A stretch of 63,471 nt of DNA, counting the filler, from Reticulomyxa filosa (taxonomy: Eukaryota > Protista > Foraminifera), in NCBI GenBank assembly GCA_000512085.1. It is 14 parts of 14 records of this genome, joined end to end, with 100 filler letters (N's around TTAATTAATTAA, not from the genome) between each part and the next. Parts side by side here need not be neighbours in the genome. Positions count along the whole stretch, not along the records: positions 35,925 to 39,627 come from ASPP01010674.1; positions 39,728 to 42,758 come from ASPP01014776.1; positions 42,859 to 44,495 come from ASPP01000073.1; positions 44,596 to 54,599 come from ASPP01031154.1; 10 more parts are not named here. The stretch is one strand, 5' to 3'. The notes under the pieces are model-generated. The model had not been told where the DNA came from, made no database searches, and was given only the letters and a program-made list of their open reading frames with translations. This document shows positions 38,085-49,362 of the stretch, piece after piece; the first letter of the stretch is position 1, and each line of letters starts with the position of its first letter. A program made the position numbers and the translations under genes.

Positions 38085-38552
38085 TTAACGTTTATTTTGA
38101 ATCGCGTAGTCAATAGTGTACATCCTTGCCATGGAATAAAAGCCCTTCAGATCATTTGCTCGCAGGACATTACCTGCGTCACAGTTCAATGGCGAAGTGG
38201 GATCCGGATGCGACAACAAGGCAATAACTGCCCGACAAACACTTTCTAAGGTCCACACTGGGCTCCATTCTGTTTTCAAAATATCTAAACAAATCTCTCC
38301 TGTTTGAAAATGGATATTTGGATGGAATATTTTAGTAACCATTACAGTCTTTGGTGGCCTCATTGGATATTCTTTTGGTACTCGAATGTCCAGTTCAAAA
38401 ACGCCAGATTCATATGGGGTATCACTTGGGCCGTTTATAAACGCCACCCACCGGTACAAGTTTTTTGGATCGCAAGGATATAGTTTCAAATCTTTACTTT
38501 TTTCAGCATGGAGTTGAGCATCCTTATATTCTTTTTCCAAACGGGATGGCAT
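38085..38552 (-). CDS. PEX4: Peroxisomal ubiquitin-conjugating E2 (PEX4/UBC21-like), intronless
   Basis: KIFHPNIHFQTGEICLDILK..WSPVWTLESVCRAVIALL.HPDPTSPLNCDAGNVLR follows the plant PEX4 pattern, including PLNCD.GN.LR. Confidence 0.88.
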   Translation of the reverse strand: MPSRLEKEYKDAQLHAEKSKDLKLYPCDPKNLYRWVAFINGPSDTPYESGVFELDIRVPKEYPMRPPKTVMVTKIFHPNIHFQTGEICLDILKTEWSPVWTLESVCRAVIALLSHPDPTSPLNCDAGNVLRANDLKGFYSMARMYTIDYAIQNKR

Positions 38553-39226
38553 TTGTGAGCAAATAATAGTGAATTGTAAAAATAATGTTTGATTTTTAAG
38601 ATAACTACCCCTAAGTTCCGTTTACCACTTACACGGTCGTTTACTATTTGGACATTGTCTTTACTGAAAATTACTCAAAAAGGCGAACATTATATCACTT
38701 ATTACATCTTTTCATTTTATTTATACATTTATTTGCAATTGTCATTGTAATTATCTTCAACGTTTAACTCCCTCACAAGTGCAATTATTTATGAATGTTG
38801 TTTTCTTGACTTATGCAAGAAAAAAAAGGTGTGTTCAATGAAAAAATGTATTTATTGATCTCTTTTTTTTTTATAGTTTCACGTTATTAAGCAGTATTCT
38901 TTTGCAATAAATTTTTTTTAAATTATTTTTTTCCAAATAGTTGTTCAAATATCTGTAAATTGCGCAGCTCTATTGTTGAATACTCAACAAAGTATTAAAC
39001 TAAAAAAGATTTACTCCAAAATTTTGCACGAGATTTTGGAGTCGAAAGCCATGACAATCCGAAAGGACGTCTGAGCTATTTAGATGGTTGCAAATTAATT
39101 GCACTTGAGAAAGTGCATATTGTTCTTACATTGAGAAAAGATAAAAATTCGTGATGCATCACAACATTTTGAAGTTTAGAAGAAGCACTAAAAAAAAAAA
39201 AAGAGAGAGAGAGAATTCTAAACGAG

Positions 39227-39627
39227 TCAACGATATGTGACCAGATACCCAGGATACGTGGCTTCGTTTTTGTAAACATTTAAAACAACTCCATTGGAAA
39301 TAAATTTGACATCGTTTGGATTTCCACTGGCCACCAAAGAGACAAAAATTTGATAGGTTCCATCATTTAAAGAAAATTGAAACCCTCCACGACTGTAAGA
39401 TGAGTTGACAGCAAACCACAGACATCCACCAACTCTAGCCTTTGCCAAGTCAAATCCAGTGGAATAGATTAGCTGCGGTTGGTTGGCACGTGTGCCATGA
39501 TGGACTCTTTTTTCGGACAATTGCGGGCCCAATGTGAGGGAATAATCTGAATATTTTCGCCACAAATAGGGATGCTCCACTCGTTCGATTTTGACGATGT
39601 TATTATATTGCATTGTCTCCGTCTACC
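39227..39627 (-). CDS. PARP-like ADP-ribosyltransferase catalytic domain (C-terminal part, 5' lost at contig end)
   Basis: IVKIERVEHPYLWRKY, EKRVHHGT, IYSTGFD, GCLWFAVNSSYS and VYKNEATYPGYLVTY match PARP mono-ART motifs. Confidence 0.82.
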
Positions 39628-39727
39628 NNNNNNNNNNNNNNNNNNNNNNNNNNNNNNNNNNNNNNNNNNNNTTAATTAATTAANNNNNNNNNNNNNNNNN
39701 NNNNNNNNNNNNNNNNNNNNNNNNNNN

Positions 39728-41086
39728 TGTTGTTGTTCCTAAAAGTATACGTAGGAATGTGATCATTATTTGAAAGAGGTGATAAGTCGAACGAAAATGG
39801 ACGTATTGTCGCTTGCAAACAAGTAGTCATGTATTGATTCCACCACACATGCAAATCGACATTGTTATTGCGATTCGTTTCCAAAGTTTGATCTGCAATA
39901 GAAGGACGTGCCAATGGTACCAATCCTTGGAACAATTTGCCCAGCAATTGCTGGACAATGGGCTCCACATGAAAGCACACCCACGTATTCCAGTTCCAAT
40001 CGGGACGTCCGAATCGCGACTGATGCTCCGTATTGACGTCAGTGTCGTCGTCGTTGTCGTCGGTGTGATCGACCAGTGGATGGAGGTACATTTGCAGAGC
40101 ATTAATCGAGTTTTGGATTTCATTTTGGTAGTTGACTTGCGTCGGCGGCACCCTCACCTCGCCGACGTTCCGTTCAAAGTGCGGGAAGTACCACGCCAAC
40201 TTCTGGCGCGCAGCCACGTGAGCCCAAATATTTAGCAAGCAGCTTACATTCCAATCCGTCGTCGTCGTCATGTCTTTGTGTTTGTTAGGACCTTTATTCG
40301 TCAGAGCTGTTATATCTTGTTGCAGCAGCTGATCGATCTTTTTGATTGACAATTTAAAAAAAAAAAAAAAGTTTTGATTCAAATTTTAAAAAAAATTAAA
40401 AAAAATTTAAAAAATAACAAAAAAAAAACTTGGTAATGTTTCCAATAAGGTCGACTATATTTGTGAAAGACGGCCAACAAATCCGGCACAGGAACAAATA
40501 CAGACTTCAAAAATTGCACCAGTCTGAATTTCAAATTAATCCGCTGATAAATGTTCTCTCGCTGTTTGGGCTGTTGTGAAAAGTGCCAGTAATGTGCAAA
40601 CATGCACTCGAACTGCTCACACAAATACGTAAACTCTTGCTGCACATTCACAAAGTCCACGTAAGGTATGTATTTCCTCAAAAACTCAATCTCACGCTTG
40701 GAGAACTCGTGGTCCTTCTCGAGCGAATACAAGACCAACATGTGGTATTTACACAATTCCTTTGGCTCGCCCCATTGTGACAGGTCTTGCTGCGTCAGTG
40801 CTTTTTCCATGTCTTCGTTTTGCTTATGTGGAGTTCCAAACTCTATGTTCATCAAATAGTTTTGCATAAACTTTTCCATCTCTACTGCCAGTGACATTTC
40901 CATTTCCACTCCCATTCCCATTGCTGTTTCTTCCTCGGTCTCCTCGTCCTTCTCCTCCTCCTCCTTTTCATCCACTTCCATTGCCATTGTCGATTCCGTC
41001 TCGCTCTTTTGTTCGCTCGTTCTGTCGTCTAGACATACCGGTGGAGAGAGTGAATCACAAGTCAAGTCCACTTTATAGCTTTCCAT
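39728..41086 (-). CDS. Hypothetical protein with acidic N-terminus, 2 exons (intron about 40340-40430), 3' truncated; possibly the N-terminal part of the PARP gene on the adjacent contig
   Basis: Two long GC-richer ORFs joined by a GT-AG intron; open into the linker. Confidence 0.6.
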
Positions 41087-41399
41087 TCCTATGCTTCAAT
41101 ATACTTTTTTTTTTTTGGATCTCGCTCAAAATATGCCCATTGACCCAAAGTAAGTTCCTTGGATTTCGCCCCCTGTTGCCATTTTTTCTTGAATACTGAT
41201 GTCACATCTTGTATTTTTTAAAGTGGAAGAAAAATTTTTTTTTGAAAAGACAAAATTATTTTTGCCGAAAATTGCAAACGTAAAAAAAAATTCAAGACAG
41301 TAGACTTAGTTATTTTAGCTTGGTCTGTGTAGACTGATATACGATAAATGTTTTGTTTTTTTTGCATATAAAAAAAAAAAAAAGGGGAGGCTGTAGAGA

Positions 41400-42758
41400 T
41401 CACACCACAATGGGTTGTTCTTTGTCTTCAAACAAAAAGGGTAGCAAATATGTCAACAAAGTGGTGACCAAGTCTTGTTGAGGAGCCGGCTGCAAACCGA
41501 ACAAGTCAACATTGACGTCAGTGGGATTAATGGTGGCACGTGTGTTACTAATGCCCTGCGATACATGTTGTGAGCTGGGAGGGGCGGCATCGCCACCAGT
41601 GGTTTGACCTAAAATGGACAAGGCCACATGTTGGGCATTGGTGAACAGTTGATGATTCTTTTCATACTGTTTGCATTTGATTTTGAGGTTTTGCAAGTCT
41701 AGTGTTAATTCGCTATTGTTGTTCTCTAATTCAATGATTTGATTAGTGAGCGAATTGATAATGCCATTGAACTCGTCGACCTGTTTTTGAATGGAGATCC
41801 TCTCTTTGGTCAGATCGTCGTATTTGGTTCGTAACTCGGCATACAAATTTTTTTGAGCCATTAATTCACGTGACAATTCTTCCCTGGTTTTTTGTTTTTG
41901 TTCTTCCAAAGGCTCGTGTGATTGTGAAGACTGTTGTTGTTGTTGTTGCCGTAGAGATGGCTGCTTGACAGCAAGCATGGATTTCATTTCCGAATTTTGT
42001 ACCGATAATTCATTCATAGCGTCAGTGACTTGTCTCAGTTTGGTGGAAGTCACTTGATTTTCTTCAACCAAACGTTCGTTTCTCTCGAGTAGTTGATTTC
42101 GATGCTCCGACAACGAATGTTTTTGCTGAGTAAGCAATTGGAGACTTTGCTTCAGTGAAAGAATTTCTTCCGATAACTCTTGTTTTTCTTGCAACATTGT
42201 ACTAAGCAAGTGCTTTCGCTCACGATTTTCGTCCATTACTTTGTGGTAGTTATTTTCGATATTCAAAAACGATGTCTTCTTTTGTTCCATGTCGTTGAAC
42301 AATTCCACATATTTCGAGCTTTCGACTTCTTTTTCGTCCACCAATCTTTCGATGTTGCTTTTCAATGTTGTCATCATCAACTTGCGTTCTTCCCTTTATA
42401 TACATATACATATACATATACATATGTATATACACACACCATTATTAACAATTATGTTTCAATTCTTTATTTGTCTTTTTTTTTTTTTTTTTTTTAGAAG
42501 GGTAAACAAAACAGTTGTTGTGACACTCGTTGCTTGTATTTTTCGGCTTGGGACCGGTAATCCAACAGTTGGTCTTGTGTCCACCGCAACTGGTTCACGA
42601 GGGTATCTCGTTCGTTGATTAGTTTTTGTATATCCCCTTTGCTATTGTCCTGTGCTGCATTCACATACGCTTTGGGATGTACATCAGAATGGGGATATAC
42701 ATGCTCTTGGTCTTGTTCTAGTTCTAGTTCTTGTTCTTGTTCTTGTTCTAGTTCTTGT
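41400..42758 (-). CDS. Long coiled-coil protein (5' partial)
   Basis: 326-aa heptad-rich ORF plus an upstream exon (IQKLINERDTLVNQLRWTQDQLLDYRSQAEKYKQR) separated by an AT-microsatellite intron. Confidence 0.7.
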
Positions 42759-42859
42759 NNNNNNNNNNNNNNNNNNNNNNNNNNNNNNNNNNNNNNNNNN
42801 NNTTAATTAATTAANNNNNNNNNNNNNNNNNNNNNNNNNNNNNNNNNNNNNNNNNNNNT

Positions 42860-43170
42860 TTTTTTTCTTCTTCGATTGTTGATTATTGTTATGCTTGATT
42901 GCTTCAGTGTATGAATACTAATTTGCTTTATTGTCTGAGAAGGAGATTCTTTCTTTTTCTGCAATACATTCTCTCTTTTAGTCAACTTGATTCCAAGTTT
43001 TTCTCTTGTTTTTCGAATCATTTCGCATTGCACAGAATTGCTTGGTTGGGTAATTCTCCTTGCATATGTCGATTTTGATCATTCTTGTGTCGATATTTCA
43101 TGATTCTTCAAACCACAATACTTGCATGCCTTCCTTTTACTTGGACACATGACAACGAAAATCGTTGTTA
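42860..43170 (-). mobile_element. LINE ORF1 (gag-like zinc knuckle) remnant
   Basis: CPSKRKACKYCGLKNHE (knuckle at 43097-43126) followed by a degenerate knuckle ..NSVQCEMIRK. Confidence 0.6.
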
Positions 43171-43299
43171 ATAATCGAAGATTAACTTCGAACTTCTTTC
43201 AGATAATGCTAGATGTTGTTCTGTGCTTGTCTTCCTTCAAAATACAATTTTTTTTCAAAAGTTTATCTCGATGATGAAGGGTTTAAATTAATTTTTTTT

Positions 43300-43750
43300 T
43301 TAGTTCAGGAATGTTTCCGTCAGAGACAACAATAAGAATAGGAAGAAATTAGTTTTTACAGAAATTTCAAAAACGGCAACAAGATACAGCCAATGCGAAG
43401 ATGATCAAGAATACCAGCAATAATTTGTTTTGGTTTGGATGAATTCGAAAAAGGAGTCAAAGAAGCAAAAAAAATCACTGAATTTGTAGTAATTGGTGGA
43501 GATTGGAATGCACATCATACCACATTGATGATATTGACGAATCTGTTGGATTTTATCATCAATAATACTAAATTCAGGTCCGTTTGATCATACTTATGAA
43601 AAAGATGGACCCAAGTCATCAATCGACATCACTTTCTGTTCCAAATCAATTACAAAATTTTGCAGTAATTGGAGAACAGATAATGACAAGTTGTGTGAAA
43701 TCAAGAAACAGAAAATTGAAACATTAAATTTGAAATGGAATTTGCATAAC
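43300..43750 (+). mobile_element. APE-type endonuclease remnant of a LINE ORF2
   Basis: QECF, VVIGGDWNAHH (GGDWNAHH at 43495-43518) and HTYEK...SSIDITFCS are EEP/APE motifs; internal deletions. Confidence 0.78.
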
Positions 43751-44595
43751 AAACTCTTGGAATGAAATTAGAAGAAAAAAAAAATTAATATTTATAAACT
43801 TCGTCATTAATATTAACTTTTCTTAAAAAGTTGTATCGAAAGAGACTGCAGTTGAAAGTGCCAAGATCCTCGACATCTCTTAAGTTTTGAAGGATGTTTG
43901 AAAGTAAAGTATTTCAAATGTCGCCTAGTCCAAGAAAGTTCCGGACCAAGAAAGAAAATTCTAACAAAAAATTTTTATATAGTAGTGGCATAGTGTGACC
44001 TTAAACATTTTTATTACCCTTTGGCAACGGTTTTTATTGCAGTTTATTTTGGGGCTTCGTCGTCAGTTCAGCATCTAGTGTGACTGTGAGAGGTGGAAGT
44101 ACTTTTAAACTTACTGCGTATTTTGTCATCAGTTGCTTTAGTGTATCGAGGTGCAAATTCCTAGTAACTGATATATTAACTCTTTTACTGGCAACGGGCG
44201 GCTTGTGTGAAGGGTATCAATCCTTGTTTAGCCTTAAGAGTGTTCGACGCTTTCGGCATTATCGAGGCAAATACCAGTCTTTTGTGTTTGGCAGAACTCC
44301 GAAGGTCGGTTAACTTCTACTTTTTTTTTTTTTTTTTTAGAGAGAAATTGGATGCTAAAAGTTGAATTCAAAGGAATAACAGAAGGAAGCAAGCACCGCA
44401 CCAAAAAAGGTACAGTACTAAACAACATTCTGCTTTACAAAAGTAAACAACAAATAACATACAAACATTTCAAATAAAAATTTTCATTTTCACAGNNNNN
44501 NNNNNNNNNNNNNNNNNNNNNNNNNNNNNNNNNNNNNNNTTAATTAATTAANNNNNNNNNNNNNNNNNNNNNNNNNNNNNNNNNNNNNNNNNNNN

Positions 44596-46691
44596 TTTTT
44601 TTTTTTTTTAGCATAGAAAAGCAAACTGTGATTTGTGGTTGTGATTGAAGGAGTTTGTGATTGATGAGGAATATGTTTGATATTTTGAGATTGGGACATG
44701 AGATCTTTGACATCAATACCACAAATAGTTTGTCTACGCGTTGTTCCTTGCGCATTAGAAGTAAAATTAGCATTTGGATATTGAGAAGGTATTGGCTCTA
44801 TAGAGAAAGTACTTGATTGAATATTGAGTGGCATGGTTTCAGAAACAACCGAAGGTAACGAAATGGGATTAATGTGTAAAGAAAATACTCTTGGATCGAC
44901 CATTCGAAAATCATTGAAATGAATTTGATTCGATTTTATCTGATTTTGTGGAGCTATCTCTTCTTCATTGTGAGTATTCCCATTAGCATCACTTTCTAAT
45001 TCACTTATCGAATCACTGGATTCTGTTTCACCTTCTTCATTGTCGGCTTGCCTTTCATTTAAAGCCAATTTTTCATAAAAACGCTCTATCCATTATGCAA
45101 GTGTATATGGTGATCATGATGATGAATAAACACACACACATATATAAGAAGAATACAATCTGTCGAAGTAAGCTCAACTGTTAATACGAACAAGAACAAT
45201 GACACAAAAGCAAAGAGCGGCAAAAATAAGAGAAAGCACCAACGAGATTATCCACATGTGTGAAACCATCCATTCAACAGTCATAAATCCATCATCTTTA
45301 CTCTTATCATTATCATCCTAAAATTTACCAATATGTTATATATTGCATTATCATGAAAATATTCATATATAGAATATGTATATAAAGAATCAATAAAATT
45401 TGTGACATACCAAAATTGAGAGAGTGACATAACATCCTTGCATGATTGGAGTAAAAAACTGAGCAGACAAATTTTGCAAAATGATCAAAGAAGGATTGGA
45501 AACAATTGAAAAGTTATTGAATGCGAATAAATGTAAAAAGATTGTTTCTCCAACTCCTAGATTATAACATGGTTGCAATTGAGATGAGTTTATGTTTTGC
45601 AATACCATTATTGGAATATTACAAAATATACTTCGATCTGAAGAAGATCTTGTTGCAGCTGTATAAGTCACAATGTGCATTCCAACACCAAACACATCTC
45701 CAGGTATCGATTGACTTGTCAACCACACATTTGCACTATCACGAACCAATGGCTCGATCCAATACACACCCGTTTGTGCCGCAACTGATTCATCCGTAGA
45801 CAATATGAAACCCAACCATGTTATTTTTTCCAATTCATTGCATCGTTTCCATATTAATTCATTTTCTTTTTCTTTTTCTTTTTTTTTTTTTTTTTTGAAA
45901 AAAAAAAAATTATAAGTAAGAATAAATATCCTTTATTTAATTAACACCTGGACTGATCGTGGTAGATAGACATGAAATATTGGATGGCACACACAAACAT
46001 TCATCAGAAGCATCATTGCAATCTTTAATTCCATCGCACATATGATCCAATGTTATACAAGTCTTACCATTGTCACATACATGTCCAAATGTCCAACAAT
46101 CTGTTTGGATTTATAAATTTATATTTAAATGACTATACATATACATGTTATATATGTATGTGTATACAAATATGATACTTGAACAATTCTTTTCGTCTTC
46201 ACCATTATAACAATCACCATTACCATCACACAAACGTTCTTTTGATATACACATTCCATCATCACACATGTGTTCATTTGTGTTACATGTTGTACAATAG
46301 GATTCATCTTCATGATCTTCACAATCAAACCATCCATCACATTTCCATTGTTTTGATATACACTTGCCATTGTGACATTTGTAACCTTCGATTTCACATG
46401 GCGCACAATTTGCTTCATCACTCCCATCACTGCAGTCTTTTTCATAATCGCAGATCCACTCCTTACTTATACATTCTCCATTTGTACAAGTCCATTTATC
46501 ATTCGTACATCCAAATACTTTTTTATGGATGAGTGTTTGTATGTTTTAAATGTTGATTTTGATTTTTACACAACAGCGGTTCAAGGCAAACATCTCTCCA
46601 ACTTTAGGTTACCTGGTTGTGGCATACACAACACAAAAAGAAAAAAGACAAATGATGCTCGATCTATGGCTGAAGAGTTTTTCTCAGTCAT
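44596..46691 (-). CDS. Type I membrane receptor: signal peptide, 4 LDL-receptor class A repeats, HYR-like domain, TM helix, acidic cytoplasmic tail (3' partial)
   Basis: After intron 46518-46612: CTNDKWTCTNGECISKEWICDYEKDCSDGSDEANC plus 3 more repeats; VYWIEPLVRDS...PGDVFGVGMHIVTYTA (HYR); TM WIISLVLSLIFAALCFCVIVLV (~45190-45260). The LDLa frame is missing from the ORF track. Confidence 0.85.
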
Positions 46692-47334
46692 TTGAAAGAG
46701 TTTTTTTAAAAACACTTTAACTTTGTCAGGAATTCTTACGCTCTTTTGTTGTTATGACAATTTTTTTCATCATTGTTGCTTATTTAAGATTTTTTTGTGC
46801 TTGAAATCAATGTAACAATCAGAAATAATGTTATTTATATTTCAAAAATGAGAAAATAAAAATACAAACACAACGACACTAATTTAGAACAGATTGATTG
46901 AAGTAATGAAACAACAACACTTCATCTGACATGCTTTGACTAGCTCATTCAACAAATTCATAGCAAAAGTCATTAGAATATCGAGTATTGTTTTCATTTG
47001 CATAATTATCTTTCCAACAAAATAACAACAATAAAATGTGAAACTGACTATTATTGGAGAAAACTTAAATGATATTTTAATGAATACATTTCACAAATTC
47101 ACTCTTTTTAAATCTCAATGGAAAAATTTGAAGAAATAGAATAAAGTGAAATAACTGACAATGATAAAGAAATTCGATTTTATATCTATTGTAAACTGTA
47201 CTTAACTGTATAAGTCTAAACATTGTTTCATTTCTTTTTTCCAACAGTATATCCATCATCTTTCTGTTAGAAAAGCTTGTCCACTCAGATATGTGAGCAA
47301 AGCCTGCAGTTTGTTTTTAGAAAAACAGACATTA

Positions 47335-48445
47335 CAAAGACGAAAATAAAAAAAATGGAATTAACCACCCCCTTGTAACACGTTATTTTGGTTGATTACT
47401 TGATAAAATTTCCATTCGATAAAACAGATAATTAACACAATAACTAACTTAATTGTGCATGACTGAATAAAAAGAAAAACTTTTTTATTTGATTGATTAA
47501 AACTGGGTCATTTTTAAAAACAGGTTCAAAAAAATAAAAAATGACCCACAATTTAAAGAAAATGACCCACAACTTTAATTATTCTTGGATATACAAGATC
47601 CTTCGTTTTTTGTTACATTTTTGCAAAAAATAGTTTATTTGTGCAAATTCTCTTGTTGTTATGTATTGACACTCCACTTGTAATCAGCGTCATGAATTAT
47701 ATCGGACAACGTTTCCTCTTTTTTTCTGTCTAAAAAAAATGTACAGACAGTAATTATTTAAATTTCAACCACAATACAATAACTACTTGGCTTTTCCAAA
47801 CATAACAATTGTGATCAGGTACAACTGGTTGTAAATTAATGATTTTTTATTACTGTCATTATTATTGTTCATTCAACTGAACAATAATATCATCTAATCC
47901 AATAGCAAATCAAAAACAACAATGAAATTCTTAATAGTGGCAATATCAAACTATTTTACTCAATGAATTATTTTGATCTTTTTTTCCATTGAAGAAACAG
48001 TGATCAAAAAAGAACTAAAAGGTTAATTTGCAGTGATTTGTCTGTTGAATGAAGTAGATCACAAGAAATAGAACATTCCAAAGATAATTCATAGTCATTT
48101 ACCATTCGACTGTTCGAAGGCCTCGGCTGAGATTTGTTCCAGTTAGACTTCTACGCTACTAGTTTTACTACTTCAACACCACTTCTATCATCTTATTTTC
48201 TGCCTGGCTACATAGACACGCTGAAGTGTTCTTCAAAGCTTTGTAAGGTCGTGTGAACTAAGAAAATGTTGGGTCCTGCGAACACTGTCTAAAAAAAAAA
48301 AGAGTGTTTTTAAATAACCTTGAATAGCAGTCATAAATGCTAAAACTGAAATGATATACAAAAATATGAAGACAAAATCAGGCAACCAAAAAGGTACTCA
48401 AAAAGGGGGTGGTTCCATTTTTTTTTTATTTTATTTGTCATGTGC
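47335..48445. repeat. Imperfect long inverted repeats flanking ~1.1 kb (decayed DNA transposon/MITE-like)
   Basis: aaaataaaaaaaatggaattaaccacccccttgt..ttttggttg (47343-47391) versus the reverse complement of 48383-48433; ATGACCCA motif three times at 47504-47568, one inverted. Confidence 0.5.
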
Positions 48446-49362
48446 TTTCTGTTGAACCTGTTTTCACAGTTTAGGAAGCACACATTTGTTAATTGAACGT
48501 AGCACCAGCATTATCCTCCTTTCTACTTGAAAGAACTTAGTTTGTTGAATGTGTTCTTTTTTTGTTTTGAACAAAATGATAATTGATTTATATTAAATAT
48601 ATTAACTTTTTTCATAATATAAATAAACATTGTTGAAGATTTAGCGTGCATTCGGCCAAACACAAAATTTGAGGTTTATTGAACGTGTCTATTTAATGAG
48701 AGTGGTTTGTCGAGATATCAGATATCAAGTGAGTCCACTTATCTCAGTTCTATTGATAGAAATTAATATGTTTGAGATTGATTTATTTGGCTTGGAAATA
48801 TCAAGCCAAATGAAGCGAAAGTAGTGTGGACACGTTTACCGGATTGTTGTTTGATTGTGTAATTGCATGAGCAGATGTTGTCGCACTTGGATGGAATGAC
48901 GCAAACTGTATCATTTTGGAATGTTTTTCTTTGTCAGCATCAAGGCATTTCGAATCTCTTCCATTTTCAACTGCGGCCACACTACACTGTTGCTCATTTT
49001 AAACTTTAATGATAACATTAAAACATGAAAAATTATAAAGTATTATTTTTGATAAAAAAAAAACATTGATATTGCATTACTGAATTGACCAATTTGGATT
49101 TTTGATTATAGATATTTGCGTAGAATCAAAAGTTGGTAAAGTCATATGCTAGTAGATGAGTTTTATTGCATAAAATATGTTTTTTAATGCGTTCTTCGTT
49201 TGATTGTTTGATATGTTCAAGGCATACAAAAAACCTTTAAAATTTTTTAATATTCTGTTTGCAGTTGTTTCAAATCAATTTTACATCCCAAGCATTCAAT
49301 CCAAAATAATAAAAAAAAAACAATAAAAAGATCGTAAAGAGTGCAAGCATTCTTAGAGTACA

